The notes under the pieces: model-generated
Database searches by the model: none
Told to the model about the DNA's origin: nothing
The model's input: the letters and a program-made list of their open reading frames with translations, nothing else
IMG/VR virus record: IMGVR_UViG_3300033121_000983
Coordinates: 42,167 to 106,166 of that record
Origin: a virus
Taxonomy: Duplodnaviria; Caudoviricetes
Direction: 5' to 3' (one strand)
Length of the DNA stretch: 64,000 nucleotides
Shown here: one piece after another, positions 35,867 through 45,889 of the stretch
How the letters are laid out: every line of letters starts with the position of its first letter
How positions within the stretch are numbered: the first letter of the stretch is position 1
Position numbers and translations under genes: made by a program

Positions 35867-38578
35867 CTAGTCGAAGGGGATGATCGGGTAGTTGTCTTGC
35901 GGCGCGCGACGTTCCGTCGTCGGCGGGTCGCGCGTCTCATAAAGCTCCTCCGCGCGGTCGACATCGCGACCAGTCTGCGGATCATGCAGTTGTAAATCTG
36001 TCGTACGATAACGTCCAGTCTCCGAGCCCGTCCAGGCTGTATAGCCCGGCCACGGCATCAGCGGCTGTGACTTGTATTCCACGGCTGTCTCTGACCAACC
36101 TTCGAGCGTATTACCGGCAGTGCGTGCGAGCTGCTGCCAGTGTGTTTCGTCGAGAATTAGATTCTGCGTGCCGTACTGGGCCTCGTCGCGGTAACTGAAT
36201 GCCATGCCGGCGATAAGATCTGCGGCACCAATTGCTGTTTTCTCGCCTTCGGCATAGAGATCAGCCAGCGTATCCTCGTAGTACTGCTGGTTATCTTCGT
36301 TGGCAGTCGCGAATGCGTCGTTTGTTTCCTGCAGTGCAGCCTCGAGCGCGGTCAGCGCCGACGGGTCGTCGAAGGCGTTTACGCGGCCATCGTAGTTACC
36401 TGCGAACTCCGTCGTAATGTGTCCGCCTTTGATACGCACATCGCCGTTGGCGGAGATGCCGCCGTCCAGCACGCTGAGGGCACCACCTGCGGTTAGCGTG
36501 CCGGCAAAAGCGGCGTCAGTTTCGGTCAGCGTGTGCGATGCGCGAGGATCCCCATTGGCCGGGAACACGAACGAGCTGCTGCTTTCCAAGCGGGAGTACA
36601 TGTCACGCGCGATAATCACCACGTCGTCTGTACCAATTCCGGCATCCAGCACGATGTTACCTGGGTCAATGCCGCTGTCGCGGCCGCCGGTGCGCATGTA
36701 GACACCAGCGCTGTAGGTCTGCAGGCGCGCGTTGCTGGCCCTCAATACAATTCCGCTGCCCAGCAGGTCCTCGCCGACGGCATTTTCAGGGTAATCGTGG
36801 TCGAGCGTCGTTGCTTTATTCTCCAGCAGCAGTCGCCCGACGCCGCTGCAGCCCGACACGGCTTCCAGGTTGTTCTCGGCTTTCAAGCGCAGATCGCCGG
36901 TCGTGCTGGTTACATCGACGCTACGGTTAGCGCGAAGTACGACGTCGTCGCCAGCTAACACAACCGCCTGCCGTCCAACGCTGATGTGCATGTCGGCGGG
37001 AGCGCTTAGACGAATCGAGCCGTCAGTGCCCATCACGATCGACTGCCCGGCCGGTCCGATGATCGATACGGAGCCATCAGCGTTGATGAGCCAGCCGGAT
37101 GTTGTTTCGTAATAATTTTCTGACGGCTGGCGGTGGTCAACGCGCACCGGAACGGCAGTCGGTGCGGGCAATGCCTGTTCGCTGCTCAATTGTGTGAAGT
37201 CTGGTGCGGTCGTTGCAGCCTGCGGCAGTGCGGACGGTTCAGCCAGTGTGTAATCCGCTACGTGTTGCACAAAAGGTGCGACGCTTTTCCAGTTAACCGC
37301 GTGGGCGATCGTGTCAAGCGGCGCAGCTGGCGGTGTACCGAGCGTATATGCAGCCTCGCCCTCAGTGGTAAGTCCGGCCGTCGCATAGTTGTCTGCGGTA
37401 TCGCCCTGCGGATCTTCCGGCATGCGCGCAAGGCGAATACTCGGCAGCGACGAACGCTTGAGCACTGCCAGCGATTTCGCGCTGATCAGTGAGTAGCTGC
37501 CGTCGAGACCGACACTCTCACGGAAAACAACCAGTTCAGGTCGTGTACTATCAGCGGCGTTACGCTCGTCAGACTCCGGCGGGACGACGACTTCCCGCAT
37601 GCCGCCTTGCCCGAGATACCCGGCATATTCCCGCACGCGCCAGAACGGCGCCAATGTGGTGGTCAGCGGTTCGCGGTCAGCATCAGCGCCGCTTGTCTGC
37701 ACAGTCGCGGCGTCGTTACGCTGGCTGAACCCGGTGACGGCGTGCTTGAGCCTCCCTAGCGCTTCCCAGGCGTACGGTGCGATCCCGCGCATGCTGGCGA
37801 TTTCGTTACCGTCATTCCGCCAGAACTCCTGAGACCCTGCCGTCCAGATGTCGAGGTTGTCGCCGGCCAGGCGCGCGAGTCGATGCAGGTAATGAAACCA
37901 GACACCGCAGCGTTCATCCGCGCGCAGTCCGCACATCAGTAGATCGACGATCAACCCGCCACCCAGCGGCGATAGCAGCGCACGAACAGCGGCGGTCTGG
38001 TCGAGCGGTCGATTTGCGGCGTAATCGCGGGCACCGGCGTCGCGCAAGCAGTTTTCTACGACAGCGCGGTAGGTCTGTTCTTTCGACGCTCCGATGCTGG
38101 TGCCCTGCGTGATGTAATCGCCGATTAGGGCAGCGGCGTCTGTGGTTTGCGGTGGCAATACGCCCAGGATGTAGCCGACAGGGTTTTCACCAGTAATTGC
38201 CAGAATCACCTGACTGTTGGCTGCTGGCAGTGCAACGTCAATCGTCGACAACGCTGATGACGCAGTCGTCATCGCTGGCACACACCAGCGCTCTGATTGT
38301 CCGCCGCCGATAAGCACCCGACAGACGTTGAGCGTCGGGTACGAGAACATCACCGTGCCGAGCTGTAGCTGCGTCGCGCTGGCAACACCGCCGACAGCGT
38401 AACGATGCAGGCGTTCGGCAGCCTGCGGATCGTTCGTACCGTCGAATAACGTGCGTAGTTCGTTAGGCAGCGAGTTAAACGCACGTTCCAGCTGTTTGAC
38501 GTAAAACAGCATATCGTTGATCGGCGCCGGCGCTGCCTTGATATCCGCGTCGAGATATTCCTCGCCGTACACAGCCAT
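35867..38578 (-). CDS. VgrG/gp5-like central spike protein
   Basis: OB-fold-like N-region (LPAANSQVILA...GYILGVLP) and beta-helix repeats (ADGSVSIIGPAGQSIVMGTDGSIRLSAPADMHISVGR...DLRLKAENNL). Confidence 0.7.
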   Translation of the reverse strand: MAVYGEEYLDADIKAAPAPINDMLFYVKQLERAFNSLPNELRTLFDGTNDPQAAERLHRYAVGGVASATQLQLGTVMFSYPTLNVCRVLIGGGQSERWCVPAMTTASSALSTIDVALPAANSQVILAITGENPVGYILGVLPPQTTDAAALIGDYITQGTSIGASKEQTYRAVVENCLRDAGARDYAANRPLDQTAAVRALLSPLGGGLIVDLLMCGLRADERCGVWFHYLHRLARLAGDNLDIWTAGSQEFWRNDGNEIASMRGIAPYAWEALGRLKHAVTGFSQRNDAATVQTSGADADREPLTTTLAPFWRVREYAGYLGQGGMREVVVPPESDERNAADSTRPELVVFRESVGLDGSYSLISAKSLAVLKRSSLPSIRLARMPEDPQGDTADNYATAGLTTEGEAAYTLGTPPAAPLDTIAHAVNWKSVAPFVQHVADYTLAEPSALPQAATTAPDFTQLSSEQALPAPTAVPVRVDHRQPSENYYETTSGWLINADGSVSIIGPAGQSIVMGTDGSIRLSAPADMHISVGRQAVVLAGDDVVLRANRSVDVTSTTGDLRLKAENNLEAVSGCSGVGRLLLENKATTLDHDYPENAVGEDLLGSGIVLRASNARLQTYSAGVYMRTGGRDSGIDPGNIVLDAGIGTDDVVIIARDMYSRLESSSSFVFPANGDPRASHTLTETDAAFAGTLTAGGALSVLDGGISANGDVRIKGGHITTEFAGNYDGRVNAFDDPSALTALEAALQETNDAFATANEDNQQYYEDTLADLYAEGEKTAIGAADLIAGMAFSYRDEAQYGTQNLILDETHWQQLARTAGNTLEGWSETAVEYKSQPLMPWPGYTAWTGSETGRYRTTDLQLHDPQTGRDVDRAEELYETRDPPTTERRAPQDNYPIIPFD
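38491..38510. promoter_or_regulatory. 20-bp palindrome GCTGTTTGAC|GTAAAACAGC inside a CDS
   Basis: One mismatch between arms; core TTTGACGTAAAA at 38495-38506. Confidence 0.6.
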
Positions 38579-38590
38579 GGCGTGTTCCGC

Positions 38591-38628
38591 AAAAGCTAAC
38601 AGCGGCGAGGTCAGGTCCTCGCCGCTGT
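38591..38628 (-). terminator. Intrinsic terminator after the tail tube gene
   Basis: Perfect 12-bp stem ACAGCGGCGAGG/CCTCGCCGCTGT, 6-nt loop, then TAGCTTTT on the minus strand. Confidence 0.65.
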
Positions 38629-38659
38629 CACTATACCAACTGTACTGCGCGAATCACAC

Positions 38660-39172
38660 CTACGGCGTTGTGAAGTTCATTGAGCCGAATGCCAGCGTGA
38701 GCTGTTCGCCGACAAGCATCCGTTGCGATTCAACGGAGACTTGCAGCGCGGTAATGACGTTAAACTTCGTGGTGTAAGCCAACGCCGCTGACGCTCGGTT
38801 GACTTCTGTCGCCGCACTATCGCCGCCGCGGTCGCAGAACTCAGTCCCGCTCGCGCTGAACTGTAGCGTGTTGTTGCGCGCCTTACAGACGTCTCCGTAT
38901 TGAACGTAGAACTGATTCTGAATAGCCCGCACGCCAACGATACGGTTAGCGCTGGCCTGACCAGTCGGACGCCCCGTGACGTAGAACACCTTCGAGCTGT
39001 TGAGCTCGAAAATCATGCTGAATTGCTGCGAGTAGCCCAGCGTCAGCGATTGCATCAGCATACCGGCCTCAGCCAGGTTCTGGTTGCCGGCCGCGCCGAA
39101 CGTAACTGACACCTGGTCGGCGGTCATCACGCCGCCCAGGTTGTCGTCCGCGCGCCCAAAAATGTCAGCCAT
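38660..39172 (-). CDS. Tail tube protein
   Basis: 170 aa directly after the sheath; QSLTLGYSQQFSMIFELNS pattern; GGAG upstream. Confidence 0.8.
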   Translation of the reverse strand: MADIFGRADDNLGGVMTADQVSVTFGAAGNQNLAEAGMLMQSLTLGYSQQFSMIFELNSSKVFYVTGRPTGQASANRIVGVRAIQNQFYVQYGDVCKARNNTLQFSASGTEFCDRGGDSAATEVNRASAALAYTTKFNVITALQVSVESQRMLVGEQLTLAFGSMNFTTP

Positions 39173-39190
39173 GTTGGACTCCGTATGTTG

Positions 39191-39218
39191 CGCTTTGGTT
39201 TGACGTTAAATCAAAGCG
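39191..39218. promoter_or_regulatory. 28-bp imperfect palindrome CGCTTTGGTTTGAC|GTTAAATCAAAGCG
   Basis: Between sheath and tube genes; core TTTGACGTTAAA at 39199-39210. Confidence 0.6.
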
Positions 39219-39225
39219 GTTGGGT

Positions 39226-42030
39226 TTAGCCGATTACCAGGTACAGTTCTGGGTTGTTCAGCGGGATCGGGTAAGTCGGCACCAGCACGATCACCAGGTG
39301 ATCGAGCAGCACCGTGGATTGCGCGATCGACTCGACCGTGCAGTCTGTAACCTGGCCGCCGAGCGTCGCGACGAAGTTTCGCGTGCGCAGCACCGCGATT
39401 CCGCTTTCCAGCTGCACGCGCAGTGAGTTGATGGCTTGCGGCGTGATGTTGGTCTTACCGACGAGTGGCCGTAACAGATCGAGGAAGTAGTACGACGTAT
39501 CGTCCGGATTGCGGACAAGCACTTCTTCTCGGCTGTAGAGCTGGTCGTACGGAGCAGTGGTGATGGCGTGGCGACTGAAGATCGCGCCAGTCTGGCGATC
39601 CTGCGTCACCACGTTGATCCCTGACGCTGCCAGGATATCCAGCTGCGTCGAGCGGAAGTGGCGCGTGGAGCGTGTCACGGATGAGAATCCGTTGATTGCG
39701 ACGTTCGTCAGACCTTGCTGCGGTACGACGCCGGATTGCAGGCCTGCGAACGCGCAGCACACGAAGTACCCCGGCAGCACGTAGTCGCCGTCTTCGATCG
39801 TATCCGGCCAGAACAGGCTGACGCGCAGGTTGGAGAACCCGTGCGTAGCCAGTTCCGTCGCTTCCGCGGTCGGTGTCAGATTGCGCCACACCTCGATTTT
39901 GGCCGCGACGTTAACCGCCGCATCCAGCCCGCTGCGTAGGCGCAATGTGTCTTCGTTGATCACGGCGTCGACCACACGCTCGGTATACGATTCGTTACCG
40001 AATCCATCCGTCGTGTAGAGGAGCCGCACGATGTCGCCAGCCTGCACGCCGTTGGTGACGAAATCGGCATTCGCAGCCGGAACGCGCACCAACGTGTACT
40101 GAGTCCCTGACGTATCCGGATCGTCCAGCACCGTCGCCAGCACAACCTCGCTGTCTTCGGACGTTGCGGCGGTCACCAACGCTTTTTCCGGCATCCCTTC
40201 GAGCGCGAAGAGCGCTTGGCGCCAGCGTCCGTTCGTTGCGGAGCTCTGCGCAACTACGTGCGCTTCATAGAGGTTCCAGATCGCGCGATCGCGAGTCAGC
40301 GGCACGAGCCCGTAGACATCGTCGCGGCCGTCAAGCAGTGAGAGCACTTCTTCCCAGCTTTCGCTGTCGGACGGATCGCACACGGCGCTCCAGCGTACAG
40401 GCAGGCCGTTGGAGTTGGCACGGGCTTTCAGCACGCCGTACTTGAGCGGATTGTCGGGATGTGACGGCCCGGGGATATCGGCGTAGTCGTCATCCGTAGC
40501 GCACGTGTAGACGTCGCCGCAGTAATCCGAGCGCCAGGCGCGGTATTCGACGTAGACGCCGCCGTAGCTCTTCGACGATTCGCTGATCACCGACAACGCA
40601 ACCGGCGTACCGCCGTCGGTCCACGACTCGTGGAACGCGGTGATGCCGCTGTTCAGCGTAATCTCGGTTGCCGACTGATCCCAGTTGGTCAGCGGGGCCG
40701 AGCCGATGCGGTTAGCGGTCACCTGCAGTTCCGGCACCTTAATGTACAGCGAGAGCGACACTTCCGTCGCGCCGTTGTCGATGACTTCTTGCGGCAGGCT
40801 GTGACCAAGCTTCAGCGTGCTGATGCGACCTTCTGTCGCGGCGGTCACTGCGACCAGGAAGCGATCACCCTTACGCAGCCGCGTACCGCTCAGCGCAATT
40901 TGCGCGCCGTACGTACCAATGGCAACCGCGCTGGTTGACGTGACGTTCGTGGGACCACTCAGATCGATACCGGTCGTGGTTGACACGGTGATTTGCGGCG
41001 GTGCGTCCGTGTCGGCGTACAAGCCGCCGCGGGTCACTTCCACGATGTAAGTGGTGTCGGCGGTGCCGGTATAGGTCCCGGATGACGTTGGCGTGGTGGC
41101 GGTGAAGGCCTGGCCGCACTCAACGACGAACTGCTGACCGGCGATGAAGTCGATCGGCGACACGCCTTCGGCGATTGCCGCGTCGCTACACTCGGACCCG
41201 CTGGTGTTGTCCCAGGTGACCGTCAACCCGCGCGTACCGATTTCAGTCGGATCGCCGAACGCAGCCGGCGTGACGTCTTCCACGTCGTCGTTACCGCTGG
41301 CGCTCTGCACGCGCAGCACGGCGGTCGTGGCGTCGCCGTCAACGGAGCTTTCGACAACCGTGATGGTGTACGTTTCGTTGATATCGCCGTCCACCAGCCC
41401 GTCGTAACTGGTTTGATCAACATCAGTGATCACCACGCAGTTTTCGGCACCGGCGGACTGTGTGTCGGTTGGCGAGGGCGCACTTTGCGTCGCAGCGTTG
41501 TCGCCGTCAGCTGCGGCTGCCGCGGTCACGGCTGCGACGACTTCTGCCATGAAGCCCGCCACGTACGTCCACAGTTCGTAGGCGTCGGAACCAACAACTG
41601 CGCGCACTTTGGCGATATCGCCGACCGCAACGTCACGATCGAGGAATTCGTCCGAGCGCGGGTACGCGGCGCCGTTGGCGCGGAACGCCAGTGTGTCGGC
41701 GACCAGCCGGTTGGCGTAGTCTTCGACGGTGGAGATTGTGTCGCCGCTCGACAGATCGTCGTCGAAGTAACTCAGCAGCGCGTCCTTGATGAAGACCTTG
41801 GTGTAGTCTTCGTCGATCAGACCGCCAGCCACACGACTCGGCCAGTCGAAGCTGGCGTCAACCAGCGGGTCGTAATAATCCAGAAAGCCGTCGGCCCGCT
41901 CGTCGTCTTCGGCGAACCGAACGAGTTGCGCCAGGCCCCCGGAAATGTGGGCTGCCAGCACGCGCTGCGTTGGCGCGGCTACCGTATTGCGCTGCTGAAA
42001 AACCAACGCTTGCGGGACTTGGTATGCCAT
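39226..42030 (-). CDS. Contractile tail sheath protein (934 aa, with large inserted domains)
   Basis: MAYQVPQALVFQ start; C-terminal sheath domain (PGYFVCCAFAG...QQGLTN...LDILAASGINVV...RHAITT...REEVLVRN...YPIPLN). Confidence 0.85.
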   Translation of the reverse strand: MAYQVPQALVFQQRNTVAAPTQRVLAAHISGGLAQLVRFAEDDERADGFLDYYDPLVDASFDWPSRVAGGLIDEDYTKVFIKDALLSYFDDDLSSGDTISTVEDYANRLVADTLAFRANGAAYPRSDEFLDRDVAVGDIAKVRAVVGSDAYELWTYVAGFMAEVVAAVTAAAAADGDNAATQSAPSPTDTQSAGAENCVVITDVDQTSYDGLVDGDINETYTITVVESSVDGDATTAVLRVQSASGNDDVEDVTPAAFGDPTEIGTRGLTVTWDNTSGSECSDAAIAEGVSPIDFIAGQQFVVECGQAFTATTPTSSGTYTGTADTTYIVEVTRGGLYADTDAPPQITVSTTTGIDLSGPTNVTSTSAVAIGTYGAQIALSGTRLRKGDRFLVAVTAATEGRISTLKLGHSLPQEVIDNGATEVSLSLYIKVPELQVTANRIGSAPLTNWDQSATEITLNSGITAFHESWTDGGTPVALSVISESSKSYGGVYVEYRAWRSDYCGDVYTCATDDDYADIPGPSHPDNPLKYGVLKARANSNGLPVRWSAVCDPSDSESWEEVLSLLDGRDDVYGLVPLTRDRAIWNLYEAHVVAQSSATNGRWRQALFALEGMPEKALVTAATSEDSEVVLATVLDDPDTSGTQYTLVRVPAANADFVTNGVQAGDIVRLLYTTDGFGNESYTERVVDAVINEDTLRLRSGLDAAVNVAAKIEVWRNLTPTAEATELATHGFSNLRVSLFWPDTIEDGDYVLPGYFVCCAFAGLQSGVVPQQGLTNVAINGFSSVTRSTRHFRSTQLDILAASGINVVTQDRQTGAIFSRHAITTAPYDQLYSREEVLVRNPDDTSYYFLDLLRPLVGKTNITPQAINSLRVQLESGIAVLRTRNFVATLGGQVTDCTVESIAQSTVLLDHLVIVLVPTYPIPLNNPELYLVIG

Positions 42031-42042
42031 CGTGCATTCTTC

Positions 42043-42702
42043 CTATTGCGACTGCTGCAGCAGACTTGAAAGTAGTACCGCGCGCAGCGGTGGTGCCTGT
42101 TGTTCGACAACCCAGTGTTCGGTAAACGCGACCAGCATGTTAATCGGCACAACGAATGTTTGTCGCGCTTCCTCGACGACTCCCAGCGTGGCAACGTCCG
42201 TCAACATCAGTCGGCTAAGTTTTAGGTTCTCACGGATTACGGCCTGAAAACGCATCAGATGTCGCGAGGCTTCGTGGGCGAGTGTCTCGGCCATCAAGGA
42301 ATTTGTACTGAGTGCGAAAATAGTGTGGGACCCCACCCACATCACGGCGTAGCGCTGGTTACCTTCCGGCGTAAGTCCGGTCGACTGCAGCGCGTCGCCA
42401 ATTGTAATCCGTTCGGTTTTGTAATCGCCGCGCTTAACAAGCAACGCCGGACGTTGTCCACCGGAAGTTGGTTGCCAGTTCGCAGCTGCGTCAATCAATA
42501 TACCGCTGCCGTCACCACCGGACCAGACGAGCTTCTGAAGTTCAGTCTGCTGTTTCAGCACGTCAGCGGCAAATAACTGCCGCAGAATGTCGATAAAGAA
42601 CCCCGTCAGTACGTTGGCGCGCCCAATGCCGTCACACACCGCATCCAGTGTAAACGGGGTCATCGAAAGCATCGGCAGTTGCAGCACACCGTCGTCGGTC
42701 AT
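42043..42702 (-). CDS. Tail terminator / tail completion protein
   Basis: Just upstream of the sheath; RPALLVKRG motif; start re-called at ATG 42702 (ATGA coupling). Confidence 0.6.
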   Translation of the reverse strand: MTDDGVLQLPMLSMTPFTLDAVCDGIGRANVLTGFFIDILRQLFAADVLKQQTELQKLVWSGGDGSGILIDAAANWQPTSGGQRPALLVKRGDYKTERITIGDALQSTGLTPEGNQRYAVMWVGSHTIFALSTNSLMAETLAHEASRHLMRFQAVIRENLKLSRLMLTDVATLGVVEEARQTFVVPINMLVAFTEHWVVEQQAPPLRAVLLSSLLQQSQ

Positions 42703-42854
42703 TGCGTCAGCTTTTTGTGTTGCGGAACTTCGCGAAGTTCGCGGCACAGCTGCTCGCGCCGCTCGCGTAGATCAGCGGATTCGTACGTCATCAGGTTGTA
42801 CCGCGGTAACAGCGGATTGGTCGGCGGTTTTGGCGGCGGTTTTGGTGTCGTCAC
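42699..42854 (-). CDS. Small 51-aa protein missed by the ORF track
   Basis: MTTPKPPPKPPTNPLLPRYNLMTYESADLRERREQLCRELREVPQHKKLTQ; GTGA overlap upstream and ATGA overlap downstream. Confidence 0.6.
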   Translation of the reverse strand: MTTPKPPPKPPTNPLLPRYNLMTYESADLRERREQLCRELREVPQHKKLTQ

Positions 42855-43714
42855 GCGATCTGCTCCTCGATCGCCACACTGTAGATAATGTCTGAATATG
42901 GCGCCAGTCGTAGCTCGACATCGCAGAAAATCGGCACGCCGGCAATCAGCGCTTTATCGGTCACGCTGTGCACGATGTAGCGGTCGTCGGTGTTCGCCAT
43001 GACGATCACATCATTCTGCTGCACGTAGGGATCTGCCAGCAGCATCCCCTGCGTGACCTGATCATCAACCGTACCGCGTGTGAGCTGTTCGTCGACCTTC
43101 AGTCGACGATTGCTGGGCTGTGGTACGAAATACTGACAGGAATCAGGCGCGAAATAGCCACCCACGAATCCTGTGCCGTAGCACGTCGTGCAGTGACTAT
43201 CGTTCGACAGTTGCTGCTGGTAGTCCAGGCATTCGGTGCACGGCGTGCCATACAGGCGCCGCTTCAGCACGTAGATCGGCACGGCGACCACGTTAACGCG
43301 TGAGCGCACACGCTGCAGCCACTGCTGAATCGTCGTGCGGGCGTTCTGGTAGGCGTTGTAGCTGAGGAAGCCGGCGGCGTTCACCGGCGCGCTGTAGTAA
43401 ACCGTGTCGTTGGCGTCAGTGAGCTTTACGCGGTAATGCGTCCACTGGGACTTGCCAAACACGCGTTTCTCGTCATCGAGCGCGTAGTAGGTGTCGACAA
43501 CCGGCTCACCTACGTCAGCCCAGTCGTCAGCTGCGCTCACACCGGTGCGACCAGTCTGCAGCTGGAAACTGTACGGACCAGGGGCGGTAAACTGCGGCCG
43601 GAGCTCCCAGCTCACGCGGGTGCCAAATTCGATAGTCGGAAACGGCACAACACGCTGAAAGGGCGTGGCGCAGTTCGACGTTTCACAGGCGTTACCGCAG
43701 GTGCTGCCGGTCAT
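42851..43714 (-). CDS. Head-closure/neck protein with a Zn-ribbon
   Basis: GTPCTEC...CTTCYGTGFVGGY; PYVQQNDVIV...DRYIV stopper-like beta motif. Confidence 0.65.
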   Translation of the reverse strand: MTGSTCGNACETSNCATPFQRVVPFPTIEFGTRVSWELRPQFTAPGPYSFQLQTGRTGVSAADDWADVGEPVVDTYYALDDEKRVFGKSQWTHYRVKLTDANDTVYYSAPVNAAGFLSYNAYQNARTTIQQWLQRVRSRVNVVAVPIYVLKRRLYGTPCTECLDYQQQLSNDSHCTTCYGTGFVGGYFAPDSCQYFVPQPSNRRLKVDEQLTRGTVDDQVTQGMLLADPYVQQNDVIVMANTDDRYIVHSVTDKALIAGVPIFCDVELRLAPYSDIIYSVAIEEQIA

Positions 43715-43718
43715 CGTG

Positions 43719-44651
43719 TTACCAAGTCATATGCGAAACGCGGCCGGAATAGGCCGATGGCACCGTTCCGTAGGCGTTAGCGATGTTGATTTCAACTTTC
43801 TTGGCCTCGACGAACTGCAGCCATTCCGTGCGGTAGAGCTCTGCCAGCTGCATGTACTCGCGATCGCGGTTCAGGTCGTCGAACGACATCCCGCCGCCAG
43901 TTTGCTGCAGCTTATTACGCAGGTAGTGCTGGGCCGCGATGCGCATCAGTTCGCCAACCGTCGCGCGTAACCAGTGATACTTGAACGGGAACGTGCGGCA
44001 CGTGTAGCGCGCCACGTTAGGCGGCACCTCGTTCCACTGCCGCACGGGGTAAATCAGGGCGTGGATGATTTCGTCAGCGGAGTACTCAACTGCGCCGGTG
44101 CGGAGATTCTCCACGACGTTGTCGCGTAGCGCGATACGCACTTCGCCGATAGTCGGTGGACCTGCATCAGGATTCGTTCCCGATACCGACCAGGCAGAAC
44201 GCTCGACCGACAGCAGCCCTTTGTCGACAAACAACGGGCGCGTCGCCTCAGAGTCGCTGAACACGCCGATGTGCATTTGATAGATGCCGGCGTACAGCGC
44301 GACACAATCGGGCAACGTGAACTGAATCTGCCCACAAGTCGCGTCGATAATATCGGCTGTCGCCTGGGGAACACTGCCGCAGCCGCCACAACCGTTGTCG
44401 CAATCCAGAATGCGCGCACGCACCTCGATCGTCGATGCGTCGGCGGATTCGCTGACGGAGTCGGTCGATGCAAGCGCAACTGGTCGACCAGTGCGCGGAT
44501 CGCGCAACTGCCAGTTAATGACACCGACGGCACCCTGTGCAACTTCGGCATACCGTAACTTGTCCAGGATATCGCAGCCCTGGAACGTTGGCGTCGTTGG
44601 AGTCGTTACGCCCAGGTCGTCGATGCTGATTGTGTCATCGCATTCGGCCAT
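43719..44651 (-). CDS. Head-tail adaptor/neck protein with N-terminal Ig-like domain
   Basis: GQIQFTL...AGIYQMHI beta domain followed by helical adaptor pattern (EVRIALRD...YSADEIIHAL...WNEVPP). Confidence 0.6.
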   Translation of the reverse strand: MAECDDTISIDDLGVTTPTTPTFQGCDILDKLRYAEVAQGAVGVINWQLRDPRTGRPVALASTDSVSESADASTIEVRARILDCDNGCGGCGSVPQATADIIDATCGQIQFTLPDCVALYAGIYQMHIGVFSDSEATRPLFVDKGLLSVERSAWSVSGTNPDAGPPTIGEVRIALRDNVVENLRTGAVEYSADEIIHALIYPVRQWNEVPPNVARYTCRTFPFKYHWLRATVGELMRIAAQHYLRNKLQQTGGGMSFDDLNRDREYMQLAELYRTEWLQFVEAKKVEINIANAYGTVPSAYSGRVSHMTW

Positions 44652-44659
44652 GGGAGATC

Positions 44660-45889
44660 CTAGGTGGCGTCGAGTGTCAGGGCGGTTCGGTTGCCGTGCA
44701 CGTCGCAGGTTGCGGTGATGCGCGTCTTGCTGTCGTCGGCAGCGCGTAGGGTCAGCGTTTCCGAAGTCTCGGAACCTGTAGCACCTGCCAGTTTACCAGC
44801 TAGTGCGGCCAGCAGCAGCCGCAAAGTCTGCTCGACCGTGTAGCCGTCGACATCGCCGGCTGCCAGCAGCGCATCGGGAATTGCGGCGACGTTGGCCGAC
44901 GTAGCGACGCCGGCGGACAAGTTATCGAGGTAACCCGCGCGCAGCGCGGTCAGCCGGCTAAGCAGAGCCGTTGTATCGGCCAGGATCTGTGCGACTTCCG
45001 TGTCGACGTAGTTGCCGATGGCCGCGAGCGTAGACTGCGTGGCCAGCCCGAGCTGGATCTCCGCCACCGCGTCAGTCGCAAGCGCTGCGGCCGTTAGCGT
45101 ATTGCTCGCCATGGCGCCGACGCTCGCGTCCATTCGCCCGCTGACCAACGCGGCAGGGATGCGCGCTTGTATGTCCTGAGTGTCCGTTTCAACCGCCGCC
45201 ACGTTACCGACCGAGGCAACGTTACCGGTGATGTTGAGTTTATCGAGATAGCCAGTACGCGTTGTTGTGACCCCCGCGTCCACCAGCGCCGCGTCGACTT
45301 CTGCGTTAACCGCAGCGGCGCTTAGGTCGTTAAGCGCGCCAATCGCCGCTAATGTTGCGTCGTCGGCGCTAGCAAGCGCAGTCGCCAGCTCCGAATTAGT
45401 CGGGAGATCGTCCACGCTGGTTTGCGAGGCGCGCGCGTCGAGAATCAGATCAAGGCGGCCGCCGTTGGCCCAGTCGGTCTGCAGTTCGTTAGTATCGCTC
45501 TCGATTGCTGTGGCCTGCGCGACCGTTGCCGGCGCGTAGTCAGGCTGGGACGCTACGAGCCTAGCGGGCACTGCCGCCACAGTGAACGAACCCAGGCATT
45601 TGGTCGGCGTGATGGTACCGTCGACAGTGACGGTCGCGAAAACGAGGTAAGTTGCATCGGCGGCGAATGTCGGCGACGTCACCTGAAAATAGACTTCGTA
45701 GCACCCACTGACGTAGCCAGAATCCGACAGCCGCGTAGCTGAACCGCTCAGCACCGGAGCCGCGCTACTGACAGCCCCACATAGGCGCACGTCGTACATG
45801 GCGCCTGTGCCATCATCGGCCGACCCGTCTGAGGCGTTGACGCCAAAGCCGAATGCAACGTAATCGTCGATTTCAACGTTTTTGTGCAT
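44660..45889 (-). CDS. Ala-rich fibrous virion accessory protein (409 aa)
   Basis: Repetitive helical segments (LDLILDARASQTSVDDLPT, YLDKL, YLDNL); ends RITATCDVHGNRTALTLD. Confidence 0.55.
   Translation of the reverse strand: MHKNVEIDDYVAFGFGVNASDGSADDGTGAMYDVRLCGAVSSAAPVLSGSATRLSDSGYVSGCYEVYFQVTSPTFAADATYLVFATVTVDGTITPTKCLGSFTVAAVPARLVASQPDYAPATVAQATAIESDTNELQTDWANGGRLDLILDARASQTSVDDLPTNSELATALASADDATLAAIGALNDLSAAAVNAEVDAALVDAGVTTTRTGYLDKLNITGNVASVGNVAAVETDTQDIQARIPAALVSGRMDASVGAMASNTLTAAALATDAVAEIQLGLATQSTLAAIGNYVDTEVAQILADTTALLSRLTALRAGYLDNLSAGVATSANVAAIPDALLAAGDVDGYTVEQTLRLLLAALAGKLAGATGSETSETLTLRAADDSKTRITATCDVHGNRTALTLDAT

Noticed and set aside
24698-42030. Extracellular contractile injection system, tailocin or T6SS interpretation
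   Set aside because: Capsid, scaffold, protease and neck genes are contiguous with the tail genes, and no T6SS membrane complex or eCIS ATPase is visible.
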